This document shows, piece by piece, positions 1 through 15,036 of a stretch of DNA of 64,000 nucleotides. The position numbers were made by a program, and so were the translations under genes. The notes beneath the pieces are model-generated. The model was not told where the DNA came from. It searched no databases and was given only the letters and a program-made list of their open reading frames with translations. Origin of the DNA: Octopus vulgaris (taxonomy: Eukaryota); NCBI GenBank assembly GCA_951406725.2, contig OX597824.1, positions 2,480,001 to 2,544,000 on the forward strand, read 5' to 3'. Position 1 is the stretch's first letter. Each line of letters begins with the position of its first letter.

Positions 1-510
1 TGGTATATCAGTCTGACCTTCCATAGTCCTTAGTCCATATCAATTGGTTTCTACAAAACGTCAGCTTCTTCTACCAATATCCAACTATTAGGGCCCTAAT
101 ACGTGCCTTCCTATTTTGCAGTTTGCCTACTGCTATAGCGAAGGTGTCTGCATCAATGTATTTATGTACGTATGTATAGGTATTCGAATATTCATTCGAT
201 CAACAAGACTGTGTCATTCGACGGCGAATGGTTCTGCAGTTATTGTTGTTGTTGTTGTTGTTTTTGTTGTTGTTGTTGTTCTGAAAGACCCCAGTAAAAT
301 GAGAATTATAAAGAAGAGAACGCAAATGAAATATGTAAACCAGGTTTATTAACTGAATGACATTAAATAAAGGATGGCATCTGTGTTCATACTGCGCATT
401 TCCGTTCGTACTTCAACAAAAATATTCGCACGACTCTCGGCTCGTACAGCAAATTACTCTTACAATGGTACACTTGCACTGCGAGGTTCTACCGTATTTT
501 TATATGTATG

Positions 511-551
<41 letters not shown>

Positions 552-574
552 GTTTATATGTATTAACTTATTTC

Positions 575-886
575 AATAAGTTACGAGGATATACAAGTAT
601 CAATACATACGGCCGTTTCATGCGGTTCCATTTAATCGATCAAGGAAAACATTACATCAATTTGAAAGAGACCGGTTCTCTCAGTGCAGATGAACAATTA
701 GATTTCCAATATAAAGGATAAACCACTTTTAACAAATTTACATCAAGAAACCAAAATAATTACATTCTTCCTTGATGTTTTTCTGTGGTTTCTTTCAAAT
801 TGATGCAATATTTTCATTCATCGATTAAAAAAAGCCGCTTTAAATGGACGTGATGTTTTCATACCTGTACATCGTTGATACTTATT
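575..886. mobile_element. Degenerate MITE-like element with ~100 bp inverted arms
   Basis: 575-672 (aataag...ttaatcgatcaaggaaaacattacatcaatttgaaagagacc) is the approximate reverse complement of 787-886 (ggtttctttcaaattgatgcaatattttcattcatcgattaa...cttatt). Confidence 0.6.
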
Positions 887-1461
887 TACTTTCTGTTAAC
901 CTAACTTTGAGGTGTGCGGTCTATAGCGAACTGGGATGGTGCCTCAATCTAAGTACCTAATACAAATAAATCATAATTATATTTATGCTTATATATATAT
1001 ATAATGAAAATAAGCAGCAGAGATATCCAAGGTGGAGTACTACAATTGTTTCATGCTACAAAATTCTGATGACTTTAACCGAAGTACCATATTCATCTGA
1101 ATTTAGATTTTGCAGAACTTATATATATACATATATATATAGGTATATGTATGTATGTATGTATGTATATATATATATATATATATAAAATACATATACG
1201 AATAAATGTACACACATACGTATACAAGACACACACATGCACGCTCACATATATATAAGGATTCGTGAAAGACTGTGTGTAAAATACAAAGACAACAGCT
1301 GCAGGCATTTTAAAATGACCCACTATTATCGATATGTTGAACCTGTCTCCCAAGTTCAGTCGACTAACACATACACACATACAGTAATAGATATAGATAC
1401 ATTAATATAAAGATACACACATACACTTACACACAGGACATACATATATACATATGTATGA

Positions 1462-1535
<74 letters not shown>

Positions 1536-1612
1536 ATATTTAAATATGTTTATGTGTATATATATATATGTGTGTGTATATTTAAATATATTTATGTGTG
1601 TATATATATATA

Positions 1613-1665
<53 letters not shown>

Positions 1666-2033
1666 GCGAAATAACACATACATATACGCACTCATGTATG
1701 TGAGCGCCGCTGTGTGTGTGTTTGCATGTGCGTGCTCCCGTGTGCGTACGTTTAGCGCTATATATATGTTTGCCAATGCGTGAATCTCTTAAAAGTGTCT
1801 ATAATAGAGAACTAAAATGTAATTTATCAAGAGGTGACTTCTTTTTCTTTTAAATGCATTTCTTAGTGATTGGTGAAGTTTCATAGAAATTGTAATTCCA
1901 GTGAGGAACAAATTGTAGATATTGATCGACGAAAATTAAATCTACTCCTACACTGTTTTAACAGCATCGCGTTTCAGCTGCCGTGTAATTGATTTAGCAA
2001 GAGCTGAAAGGGCAAAACATCATCAGTGAGTAG

Positions 2034-2129
<96 letters not shown>

Positions 2130-2910
2130 GAGTGTGTGTACCTATACATATTTATATATATATATTTACATATATATAGGTATGTATGTTTTATATATAC
2201 ATGTATATATATACTTTATGCACATCTATAAATATATGTGCATATACATATATGTATATATGGATTTTACCTAATATATATATAGACATATATATACACG
2301 TTCAAACAAACCCATACAGATGCGGGTCTCATGTAATATATAAACGTATGCACACACTTAGTCATTATATATATAATATATTATACAACTGTTTGAATGT
2401 GTTGATGAGCATATAATACGTCTGTGTATGTACACAAATGTGTAGTCTTTATTTTTGACGCCTAGGATGTCTGCAATCTTTTTGTCTACCTTTAAAGAAG
2501 AATAACTTAGAGAAACATTTGCAGCTGATAGTTTTTTAAATCCTGAAAATGTAAGATGTCTGTGATTTTGTGTTTCAGTTTTGTTTTTTATATTTACACA
2601 TTGGTAAACTTGAACATTGCCTACCTTTTCTATCGATCCGACAGAAAATATAGCCATATCTCCCTGAAATCAATCATTAGCATCTAAAAATAGGCAGATT
2701 ATATTCAAGATATGACACTCCATAAGTATAGTCAACTAAAACGGTGATGATAGCCACGAATGGAACAAGTTTCACTTAGGCTAGACATCAACTGAATTTC
2801 ACATACCCACATGCACACATGCACACATGCACACATGCACGCTTACATATGCGTGTGTGTTGTTGTGTGTTTGAGTGTCTAAATATACATGAATACATAC
2901 ACACACATAC

Positions 2911-2973
<63 letters not shown>

Positions 2974-3038
2974 CCTCTTCATAGATAAAAAGATGTGAGG
3001 ATTACCGGGGTAGTCTTAGGGAAGATAACGTATTCAAG

Positions 3039-3074
<36 letters not shown>

Positions 3075-3076
<2 letters not shown>

Positions 3077-3101
3077 GATAGATAGATATATAGATAGATA
3101 T

Positions 3102-3142
<41 letters not shown>

Positions 3143-3163
3143 CAGTCAGATAGACAGACAGAC

Positions 3164-3251
<88 letters not shown>

Positions 3252-3300
3252 TGATAGATATACAGACAGATTGACAGACAGGTAGGTAGTCCGGTAGGTA
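3075..3300. repeat. (GATA)n/(GACA)n microsatellite
   Basis: Directly visible tandem tetranucleotide run. Confidence 0.95.
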
Positions 3301-3956
3301 GGTGGACGGAATTGAAGTTAAGGCTACAACATAGATATGGGGATGAGAAATGATATCGTGTTAAATAATATCGCTTATCAACTCGATTGATGGCCTGAAA
3401 GACGGAGCCATACACAGATAGGTCTGTAAAGAAGCGTATAATTGGTACTGTCTGTTTGTCTAACGAATGCATACATATCTATAATTACATATGATATATA
3501 TATATAAATATATATGTGTGTGTGTGTGTGTGTGTGAATCTCTGTGTGTGCGTGTGTGTGTGTGAGCGTGTTGGTATAATGTATATATAGACACACATAT
3601 GTAGGTATTTACAGAATTTTGACATCTAGGTTTTCTTTCATTCATTTGAAGAAAATCGTTATAAAAACTAACGTAAAAGAATTCTTTTTTTTTTTCAATT
3701 TGAAAATTTTATTTCTCTGTGGTGTTGCGTTCTGCGGTTTGTGGATTTTAAATCTTTTTTCGTTGCTTTCTGTTCATTTGTCGGTCTCTACTAGCAACAT
3801 GTTTATGAGCACATGAGCTTTTTTTATTAGGTATATTCATACATAATTTCAAATATATTGTGCAAGAGTAAATATACACACGACCTTACACACCTTACCC
3901 ATTTATATGTGTGTCTGTGTGTGCGCGCACGAGTCTGAATGTTTGTCTGGGTGTAT

Positions 3957-4007
<51 letters not shown>

Positions 4008-4059
4008 TGTTCATACTTACACATCAACAAATATGTATGTGGACATCTACATTTATTCG

Positions 4060-4090
<31 letters not shown>

Positions 4091-4267
4091 ACATATATAT
4101 ATACTAGATATATACGTACATGTATATACGTGTCATATATATATATATATATATGCATTCGTATATCTATCTATCTAGCTGTCTATCTATCTAACTATCT
4201 ATCTATCTATCTATCTATATATATATAGATAGATAGATTGATAGATAGATAGACGTATGCATGTATA

Positions 4268-4371
<104 letters not shown>

Positions 4372-4890
4372 CATATATGTGGGAAGTAAATCTAACACTT
4401 CAGTATATTTACATTTCTTGCCAATTGTTTTTCGTGTGATGTATTATTTTATTGCTTCTCTTTTCTATATTTTTTTGCTACATTTTAAGTGTTGCGAGGT
4501 GATATTTCGTTTTAACAATAAAATGAAAGTTTCTACGCCTGTGTGAATGCGTCGTTTCTTTTATTGTATTCGTCCGTCTTACATTACGTAACATAGGTGC
4601 GCGCGTATGAATGTGTTTGTGTGTATTTAAGCGAGCATTAACGCATGTTTGTTTGCTTGTAGCAAATGTGACAAAAACATATTATGTTTTCACGAGCAGG
4701 TATTTAAATTTCTAAGCACCTCTTTGTTTCAGATATCATAACTTTATTTTTATAGAGAAATATTAATGATATGTTTTGTCTTAAGTAATAAATATATTAA
4801 CAATTTTTGGAACAAAAACAAGACGTGCGAATTTACAAATAGAATTTTTATGTATGCATCATATATATGCATGTATACACACACATATGC

Positions 4891-4929
<39 letters not shown>

Positions 4930-5440
4930 TGTATGTTTGTAAATGTGTGTGTTTTTGTATGCATATGTAGCTTTTATACACACATTTATACACATTTATA
5001 TAATATGTATATACACACCTATAGAAGCATCTCTGTATGCGTATGTAGACAGGGCGATATGTGTTTATACAGACATATATTTTTACTATATGTATTAGGA
5101 TATTTCGATGTGGTTTAAAATTACCATACATAACATGAAAGATATTCTTACATACAAATGATGTATGCACACACAGACACTGTTAACAAACACATACGCA
5201 CTTGCCCATGTATGGCTTTGTGTGTGTCAGTGTTTGTAAGCATGTATGTTTGTGTATGCCTATACTAATACACATAATTATCGTATAATATTGTGTATAT
5301 ATGACTACGTATAAGCAAACATACATAGATACACAAACGTAATGCTCTTTTCAAATGAAGAAACGGGTCTCGAAGACATCAGAATACTGTGTATGCATAT
5401 AAAAATAGATACATGCATATATGTGTGTGTGTATGCATGT

Positions 5441-5495
<55 letters not shown>

Positions 5496-5808
5496 CATAT
5501 ATATACTACACACACAAGTGCACACACACACGCGCACACACACACACTGACTCACACAAACACACACACACACACGTATACCTTTTCTGTGTATAAGTAT
5601 GTATTTAGAATACGTATAGAAAGTTTTACGCTCTCAGTGAAAGAAAAAAGGAAAGAAATAAACGGATATTTGTGTGATTTTCTGCTCCAGTATTCTCTGC
5701 TATGGTAATTAAGTATTTATATACCTACAGACGCATACTCATGTGCACGCACGCATATCGATCTATGCATTTATAGAAGCAGAGTATACATACGTATTTG
5801 TGTACGTG

Positions 5809-5868
<60 letters not shown>

Positions 5869-6227
5869 TATATGTGTGTGTGAGTGTATCTATTATATAT
5901 ATATATATACAGTTTCCCAAGTGCATGTCTTTGACAGTATAGATGTCATTGTGTAGTGTATGGAATGTGTTGAAGCCGAAAGCTTTTGATGAGTAAATAT
6001 ACGTTATGTATACATAAACGTTTGTGTGCGTGTGTGTGTGATGTGTGAGTTTTATTATTTGTTTAAAGTATTATGAATTTTGAATGTGTCCATGCTGCAA
6101 TCTAAACTTATCTGCCATTCGTTTAAACACACGCACTTGCACACATATTCACACTGCACACACACACGCACATGTAAATATACACATACACATACCCATA
6201 TATATATAATATACATACATACATACA

Positions 6228-6263
<36 letters not shown>

Positions 6264-6351
6264 TACATGAAACGTTTTTGTCTTTTTGCTGTATTTATGT
6301 ATGTGTATTTTTAGTGAACTCCTAAGTTCTAAAAGTGCTGCGGTAAAGTAG

Positions 6352-6399
<48 letters not shown>

Positions 6400-6719
6400 T
6401 TGTTTGATCCTTTCTTTTTCGATGCAATATGATATGTTTTCGTTGGAACTCACAGCTATAACTACATATAACTAACATTAAACTACATTAAACTTAAATA
6501 AAATGGAGTAAATTTACCAGAAACGAACCGACAACTCTCATACTTTGATGAAATGAAATGCTGCAACGTTAGAACTTTCCAACCATCATAAAAATTCATA
6601 TGTATTGTAGTCGTTATTTTTGCTCTTTTTCTTCTAACAATTTTGATTTTTCTGCAAGGATTTCAAAGAGAAAACAGAGAAACTGTGACTGGTCTTTGAT
6701 TTTCGCACATAAACTCGCA

Positions 6720-6930
6720 CTTCGTCGATTACGACGATGAATATTCTAATTGATCCGATCAACGGAACAGACTGCTCATGAAATTAACGTGAAGGTAGCT
6801 GAGCACCTGACAGACTCGCGAAGTCTTCACGGAGTTCTCTGGCAGATTCCGGAATGACACAGAACGTGACAAGGATTTGAAATACTGCTACTTTTTGCCA
6901 GCTGCATGGACTGGAGCAACGGAAAGTAAA
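6720..6930 (-). mobile_element. Degenerate SINE body
   Basis: Ends in ggactggagcaacggaaagtaaa, resembling the central domain of other minus-strand SINE copies here (31480-31600, 43920-44105). Confidence 0.5.
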
Positions 6931-7029
6931 ATAAACATGGAAAACCCCGAGTAAGAAGATAAACCTTCAGCTATTGTTATACCAGCAGCCATCCATGCGT
7001 GTGAGTATGGAAGAATACAGCGAAGATCT

Positions 7030-7420
7030 CTCGGTTGCTGGATGTGTTCCGTCGATACTCCCTAAGTTCAATCCTGGGCATCTCTTACCAAGACAGAGTA
7101 AGAAATAAAGAAGAGATGAGAAGAGCAGGCATCGGAAGTTTGCAGGACATGGTGACACAGCCACGTATACGCTTTACCGGCCATGTGCTTCGATTACAAC
7201 AAGAAAAACCTATTAGCATCTTGATGGAATGGACCCCAGGAGAAGGAAAGAGAAGGAGTGGAAAAACAAGGAAGATGTGGCGCAGTATGACTCGGGATGG
7301 ACGGAGTGAGAGCGTTTGATAGTTTTAGAGCCTGGAGGAAGGTGATCGTTCGGAATGCCTGGAGAAGGCAGATTGGCTGTTGTGCTGACAGTACTGGAGG
7401 ACCTGAGAGCGAAGAGATTT
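7030..7420 (+). mobile_element. RTE-clade LINE, 3' end of ORF (fragment)
   Basis: Translation SILGISYQDRVRNKEEMRRAGI...RIRFTGHVLRL...MEWTPGEGKRRSGKTRKMW matches the RTE C-terminal pattern (ILGIxWxDRVxN...RLRWxGHVxR...GKRxxGRPxxxW). Confidence 0.85.
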
Positions 7421-7630
7421 GTATGTTTGCACACGTCAGGAAAAAGAAACAAACGTAAGTGAATAAAACGGAAGAAAATTTAGTTCAGCAAATATTGCAA
7501 ACGTTAAATTTATGTTAATACTTTTTCACGCAGCTTCGAGTTTCAGGACGTAAATCTCGAAGTCTAAACTAGCGCTTCTTACTGCGTCACACACCGAAGG
7601 AACAAATGTGTGCATGTGTCTTTGAGTGTT

Positions 7631-7703
<73 letters not shown>

Positions 7704-9426
7704 ATTCAAAAGAAGTCTTATTTCAAACTTTGTTGTGAGTTTTTTCCCACTTTACTTTTATCCTATTCTTGTCGGTCAAGCACTCCTACCCTGAGAAACA
7801 CTGGCCAACACTATCAGTTGCTAAAATCATGAAAAGAAAACAGTGTGGCATTCAAGTGACATTAATAGGATGTTTTCAATAATCAACTGAAATGACCCAT
7901 TGAAGTTGAGAGGTCAACGACAGCTGAGGGCCCTGCTTGCTGTCCCCAAAGCAAACGGAAAACCTGGTGATCTCAGCAGAAGTATTAAGCATGTATTTTG
8001 ACTCGTAGATCATCAACGATAAAATGCTAAGCGAAAGACCTTGCTCGCAACCGATAAACGGGTATGTTCAAGAGATATGCATTTTCTTTTAATTCCAAAT
8101 CATTTCAAATTAATGGAAAAATATACTTGCCTTTAATTAGTTTTAGATTTCTTTTCTTAAAAGGTCGATTAGTATTAGTTCGATATATTGTTCATCTTGG
8201 CCTATTCCGTTTCTCTGTATTCTGCATTGAAATTCTACCACGGTAGATTCTGCCTTCTTTCTAATTATAATCTAATTATAAGTCTCAGAAAATTAGTGTT
8301 ATACCTTTATCTGACAGTACTACGAGCCATAGAAGTCTATATTATTACCGTAAATATATATAAAATCCATGACGCAATTAATGCAACGTGGCGAACCTAT
8401 TTGCTTTAGTTTCGTTTTAGAAATAATTGATTGGATCGGTTTAATATTATTCCTTGTAAGTTAAATAAAAGATTGTAATTGGGCACCGTAAGTTTTGGGA
8501 ACTTTTGATAATTATGTGTAGGCTAAATATATGCCATTTATAATCTTCGCATCCTCTTCCAGACTTCTGAGGTTGTTATATTCGTCCTTGTTGCAGTTGC
8601 TATTTGTTTGTTGTTGTTACTGTTGTTGTGGTTCTTGTTTAGCTGCAGGCTAGTGTTAATCAAGCAGACCTATGATGAATAGCATTCTAGTTTTTTTTTA
8701 TACTACATTTTCCTTCGTGTAGGAGAAGAACCCAAGACAATATTATCGAATGCATTTGTTTCTAAAACAACATAGAGTGAACCGAGAAATATCTGTTTGT
8801 TATTTCCAGCAACTGGAGTGACCATATAAAGCCTCTTTCGTTGCGTCATCTAGAGAAGATTGTTCTGCGAGGAAGGTCTGAATCTTCTGGTGTAGATGCA
8901 AAGAGTGTTTAGTTTACGCATCCTTACGACCGCGATGACGACAGAAAAATAACAAAGGATTGTCATGCTGATCGATTGACATGTTAGAAAGAGCTTCCAA
9001 ATCTCTCCGAATTCATTTGGTATGGTATTTAATAAAACAAGCAAAGACGTACTACATAATGGAGTACAGATCCCTTTGATTGCGGATTTCTCTCCATCAG
9101 GGTTGACCTTGTGCTAAAAAAGAATAACAACGTAAACGACAATGAATTGCGGAAGACTTTGCTGAAGATTTTATGATAGAGTTCTACGCTGCTTATCAGA
9201 ACAGAATATTTAAATAACGACAAAGTAGACTGTTCCGAGCAAAATACTTTTGGAGTTAAAATAGAAGAGATAGATAGAGTGAGTAAGGAAATACTTGTCT
9301 GACCTTGTGCTCAACAAAAGTAACATCGCAATGGGTAAAGAAACTTGGGTGAATGCAGGAAATCTTTGAAAGCAATCGTAGACATAGCCGAGGAAAAAGC
9401 GAAATAATGATTCGAATTGTTGCTGC

Positions 9427-9792
9427 TGTTGCTGTTGAGCGAACGGTCTTCGTCCCAGGTGGGAAAAGTCCGAAACGTGGTCCTTTGCTATTCGTAAGAC
9501 CCGCAAAAGAGAAACCAAGTCAACCCCTGACATAGGGAGCATCGACAGATGGATGAATGCGCATCCAGGCTCAGCGGTTGCGTAGGAAGTCGGGGACAAG
9601 AAACAGGAAGAAAGAGTGAGAGGAAGTTGGGGCGAAAGAGTACAACAGGGGTTGCCACCACCCCCTGCCGGAGCATCGTGGACCTTTAAGTGTTTTCGCT
9701 CAATAAACACTCACAACGTCCGGTCTGGGAATCGAAACCGCGATCCTCCGACCGCGAGTCCGCTGCCCTAACCACTGGGCCATTACGCCACC
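9427..9792 (-). mobile_element. tRNA-derived SINE, full length
   Basis: Minus-strand tRNA-like head with A box (tggcccagtgg) and B box (gtttcgattcc), same head as 63761. Flanking direct repeat tgttgctgc at 9418-9426 and 9795-9803. Confidence 0.88.
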
Positions 9793-9954
9793 ACTGTTGC
9801 TGCCGTATCAGCCAAATGGTCTTTCAGTGTTTATATTTTTAATGCTCAAAAATGTGTGACTGTACAAAAAGTGAGTTACCAATTATATGTAATTAGTACT
9901 CATCAAATATATATATGCAGGTGTGTGTGTGTGTATGTATATAATTAGTACACT

Positions 9955-10696
9955 AACTAGATTGCGCCTCGTAAGGGGCTTACTGCTGATCAGAATAAAA
10001 AAATATTGCGTAGTCTTGAAGAGGTATCTTTATGTTTGGGATGAAATTTTGGCAAACTTTTAAATATTTTGTCATCATAAACGATTATCAGGTATTGGGT
10101 GGCCTAAGATGAGAAATTTAATTTTCAACTGGAGACGGTGAGGTAGAAGAAAGTTTTATTCGTAGCTTTGACTAAATTTGGATATCCCTATTTATGGGCG
10201 TTTGTTCTTATATCGACGGCGTTGCTATGCGGATGAATTATAGATGAAAAATAACATCATCTGCAAAAAGATTGTGTGTCTGTGTTTGTGTATGTGTGAG
10301 TAAATGTGTCTGAAGTTGGCTGTGACAGGAAGCACGAGTAAATTATTAATATAACTGACAGAACAGAGTAAAAAAGTTGTTTTGGGCGATATGGTAATAA
10401 TCGGATTTGACAGAATATACGATAAGATGTGAGAAATGGCGTTGTGTTAGATTTTCGTCCCAGGAGATTCCCGATACGTTTTGTTAATCTTCAGTAATAT
10501 GTTTTCTGTCAATACTACACACATTTTACAACCACACGAGAGTCCAGAACGGGAATTTCAACGAGCTTCAGCTTCGAAACCAAATCTATAAACTCTTCTG
10601 CTTGTATTGAGTATATTAACTAATTCGGGAAAGTAAGTGATAATCCAATTATGTAAGTATACATTAAAAATATATTTTGTAGTCTTAATATAAAGA
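9955..10696 (+). mobile_element. Possible non-autonomous Helitron/Helentron (DINE-1-like) element
   Basis: Starts actag, has an internal (GT)-like microsatellite and ends taatataaagat. This fits DINE-like architecture, but there is no coding evidence. Confidence 0.3.
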
Positions 10697-12435
10697 TGCC
10701 CATACACATAAATACTCATTATCTGATGCCGTCGAGAAATCTATAACGGAATGAATTTTGCTCTTAGTTCTTTATAAACAAATATCTTTATCTCATTTTT
10801 CTTCAGACGTAATAGCTGGAAGCTTGATTACGTATTTAGAAACACAATAATACTTATTGAATTCAACAATGTTAAAGTTTTTTTTTTATATCAATTACAC
10901 ATTATTGTATAACACCTATGTTGAAAATATTTTATACAATGTTAACAAATCATCTGACAATAGAAATGTTTGCAGAAACCTGTATGCCACAAGCAGTGTG
11001 GTAGGCAAACCACGCCGCCTGGTCTAATGCCGCAATCTGGCACAAGAGTTCCTTTGAAGACATTCACTCTGTTGCATGTAATAGAACCAGACCTTCGGCT
11101 CGGTTGTTCTGTGCGATGGTACTTTAACAGCGTCAGTCATACCGGTCTCAGAGGGTTTTAACTTAGTTATCGACTCAGTCCCTCCCTCGAAACTCAACAA
11201 GTAAATACATACAGGCTTACATATACGAGTATATATTCACGCAGACACACACGCACGCACACACGCACGCACTCATATACATACATAAATATATCAATCA
11301 ATCCATCACCCCTCCATACATACAGACAGACAGACATCCGTGCATGCATAAATACAGATATTACAAACAGCACATCACATCTAGTTTTTCGAATTCCTTG
11401 GTCACGATCAGCAGGCTGGATCTAGATATGCACTTTGTGCGTGTCGCGGCTGGTTTGTTTACGTTCACGTAACTTAGAGGTTCAACAAAGATATAAAGTG
11501 TTTCATTATTAGTTACGTTCCATCATATAATACTGGTAAATTTAAATGTGATCTTGGTCAAGAGAAAATGTATTAAATAATTACTTCAAAATTGCAATTA
11601 TTAAATTGTAGAGCCAGTATTACGTTGAAATGTTCCCATAGTTATAGAAAAACATTTAAATACCTCGATATTAAATAGTAGCTTAATTATGATTGCTTTC
11701 CTATAATCTGATAATCATAACTTTTCTAAAGTTTTTGGCATATACAAATAGCTAGATAACTACATATCATGGCGTAAAATTTCTATGTTTGTTTTTTCTT
11801 TCATCATCTACAGACGCCATCATAAATTTACATAATAAACTGGCTTTTCTTAGAATATTATATTTCTTCTGAACGTTCTCTTTGTATGCGTTCTTGTATT
11901 ATAGATATTATTTTAGTTCACTTTAACCTGTTTTATGTAACTTTGGTTTTACCTGTTTTATGTAATGTTGATTTGACTGGCATATTGTAATTTATTTTCT
12001 GTATCTAAATATATTGTCACAATCGAAACGATCGTAAAAAAATATATGGTGTAATCATCAATTAAACATGTGATTCTCTCCATTCTTGTTCATGTTGTTA
12101 TATACTCCAGATTTCGTGAAATTCTACAAAGCCTTGGGTATTAACTCTATTTGAAATTATCGGGAAATGATTGTTTGATGTAATTAACTAAGTCTACTTA
12201 ACGTTGGGTGCTTTCTAGATATCTGCCTGGATTCATTAATTCATTTTTCTTCTTGCTACATACATACATACATACATACATACATACATGCATGGTGGTT
12301 GTTTCCTCCTAGAAGCTGTGCATGTACCATCCACATATTTCCTGTTTGTGTGTATTATACAAGAGAAAAACATGTAATGATAGAAGTAGACAAAGAGATG
12401 GATTTCATATAAGAACTTCTGTTTGCTCTTCAAGT

Positions 12436-12616
12436 TGCAATCCAGTGTTTGACCCTGACTTTTATTAATGCTCATGGTAAACGAAACTCGGATAGGACAC
12501 CGTAAGCGCTTGAATTTGAATGGGTCGTTAGATGGCATAACTGGTAGGCGAGTAACGAAGGCGGTGTCACGTTTGCCACATCCAGTGAGAATATTTGCCT
12601 CAGTGCAGTTCGTCAT
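12436..12616 (-). mobile_element. Helitron PIF1-like helicase fragment
   Basis: EANILTGCGKRDTAFVTRLPVMPSNDPFKFKRLRCPIRVSFTMSINKSQGQTL matches the Helitron/PIF1 C-terminal motifs (F-R-QFP-RL-FAMTINKSQGQTL). Confidence 0.9.
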
Positions 12617-12707
12617 AGGTTTGTGAACAATTAGTGTTGCCTACCTTGAACCATTTACTTACTTCATGGGACAAACAGACACACAAACGGACAGAACAGA
12701 ATCTCTC

Positions 12708-12747
<40 letters not shown>

Positions 12748-13569
12748 ATATATATATATATATACATATACATATATGCTTTTCATCTATCTGTCTATTT
12801 GTATATTGAACTATCTATGGTAATCAAATGCGTGAATTTAGAGAATCCGAAAACTTTACGCATTTAAATGATTACAAAAATAAATAAATGAATAAATGAA
12901 ATACAACACAAAAATAAATGAAACCATTCGAGATTCAAATGTCCGCCAGAAAATAAAGCTACGTGAAATAATGATGACAAATTCTTAGCAGCGAACATCT
13001 TGGTTTACAGTATTAAAAATGGATAAAAATATTGAATTACCATCCAACCCGTATGGAATCGTAAAAACCGAGACAATTATTACTGCGGTGTAGGAAAGGG
13101 ATTTACGTTGAGTTATTTTTAACTTTCTTTTCCGATATTATTGTCTATTTGCAGTCTTTATAATATTTTGGTATAAATCTCTGCTAGAGTTTGTGAATGA
13201 AACAAATAATAATATTAATATCGGAATCGCCTCGTGACAAATATCCTGAAACTAGATAAACACTTTCTGAAATCGATGAAATACGATTCTAAAGAGCGAA
13301 GTAAAAATGTCTGTGTAGTTATTCAACCAATATTTTATTGCCATTTTGTTCCGATTTTCACTTGAACTTTTTATAAGCTATTTCTAAGAATTTTGCCTGG
13401 AGGAATATTAAGGAACATGATGCAGATAAGAAGGAAGTGATGGTCCATTCAGTCATTCATTTCTTGTGAATGTTATTGCTATGGTTATCGCGAGTGTCTT
13501 GTTGGATGACAGAATTTGAAGAGAGGCAGGCGAGTAGTCATGCAACATTTCGATATTACTTCTGGTGGC

Positions 13570-13790
13570 CAATTGGCAGAATCCTTAGCAGGCCGGGCAA
13601 AGTGCTTAGCGGCATTTACATTCTGAGTTTACATTCATTACATTCTGGGTACAAATTCTGCCGATGCTGAATACCTTTCATCCTTTTGGAGTCGATAAAA
13701 TAAGCACCATTTAAGCAACGGGGTCGATGTAATCGGCTTACACCTCTGCCCTTGATATTACTGGTCATCTACCTACCAAAATTTGAAACC
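13570..13790 (+). mobile_element. Degenerate Meta-domain-like SINE
   Basis: ggcagaatccttagca...cctttcatccttttggagtcgataaaataagcacc resembles the 32501 copy. Confidence 0.7.
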
Positions 13791-14876
13791 AATTCTTAGA
13801 TTGGTTGTTCTCCGTTCTGTCTTCAATGCCATCAGTATTTTTATCTTTCTGTCTTCTGTCTTTAACAACCAAGTATTAGGTTCGATTCAATTGCTTAATT
13901 TACGAAACAACTTCAGTCTTTGGGTCTTTGTTACAAATTATTATGATTGCTGTTAGTTACGATAGGGAAGTCTCACGTCAGAAATGTTGCTGTACTGAAA
14001 GTAAATGCTTTGCGAGATGCTATGATGACTCTATGCTTTCTGCTCTGAATATTTTTTCAATAACGTATCCGTGTGATTGTGCGTTTGTCTCTATGTGCGT
14101 TTATACGGAGGTCAATATTCCAATATATTATAAGTATCAATTGTGAAGTGTGTATTAGTTCGCGTATATCGGTCAATGTGAGTGTGTCTCAGTACGAATG
14201 AATGTATAATACTATACTTGTATGGAAATTAAGTTGTTTGGCTTAGTAGACAGCGTATTGATCTACTAATCATAAGACTGTGTGTTCGGTTCCTCGAATG
14301 ATCGGTAGATTACTCCCTTCAGCAAGGTAATCCATTGCATGTTGATCCACTTTATCACAAATCTCCAGCAATCACATCCTCAATGATATTTTGTCTATGT
14401 AAACTTCAACTTAAAGCGATTAAGGAAAGTATGGGACATACTAACAGATCATACTCCTTTACGAATGACGGCTTTAAATTGTTTTTTTTTTCTTTTACTG
14501 GTGCACGTATGACGAAGTGTTTTATTACGTATATGAAGTAAACTACAAACCTATGAGTTTGCGTATGAGCAAGTTCTTGTGTACTACACTTTACGTTATT
14601 GGTAGACGTGCGTGTGGTTTGTATACCTCATTAATGAAAGTGTTCTTTCTCAATATATATACATATGGACTCTTGTAAAACACACATTCATAAAGACCAA
14701 CACACACAATTATAATTATACATTTTCGTCTGTGTATGATTTGTGAGTTATATCTGACTGAATTAGAAGCCAATATCCGCTCATTTCAATAATTCGCATT
14801 TTATCAGCGATATATCACATCCTTCCCAAAATAGAACTGAAAATCTTAATTGCAACTATTGTTCCGTTTCAGTGTA

Positions 14877-14912
<36 letters not shown>

Positions 14913-14971
14913 GTATAAATACACACACACACGCACACATAAATATGTTCATCTAAATACACACACAAACT

Positions 14972-15036
<65 letters not shown>

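Noticed and set aside
1062-1105. Plus-strand CUGAUGA...GAAG
   Set aside because: No GAAA box and no stem II; the minus-strand half motif explains the region better.
10718-10748. ttat CUGAUGC cgtcga GAAA tct ataa
   Set aside because: Stems II and III cannot form credibly, so it is likely chance.
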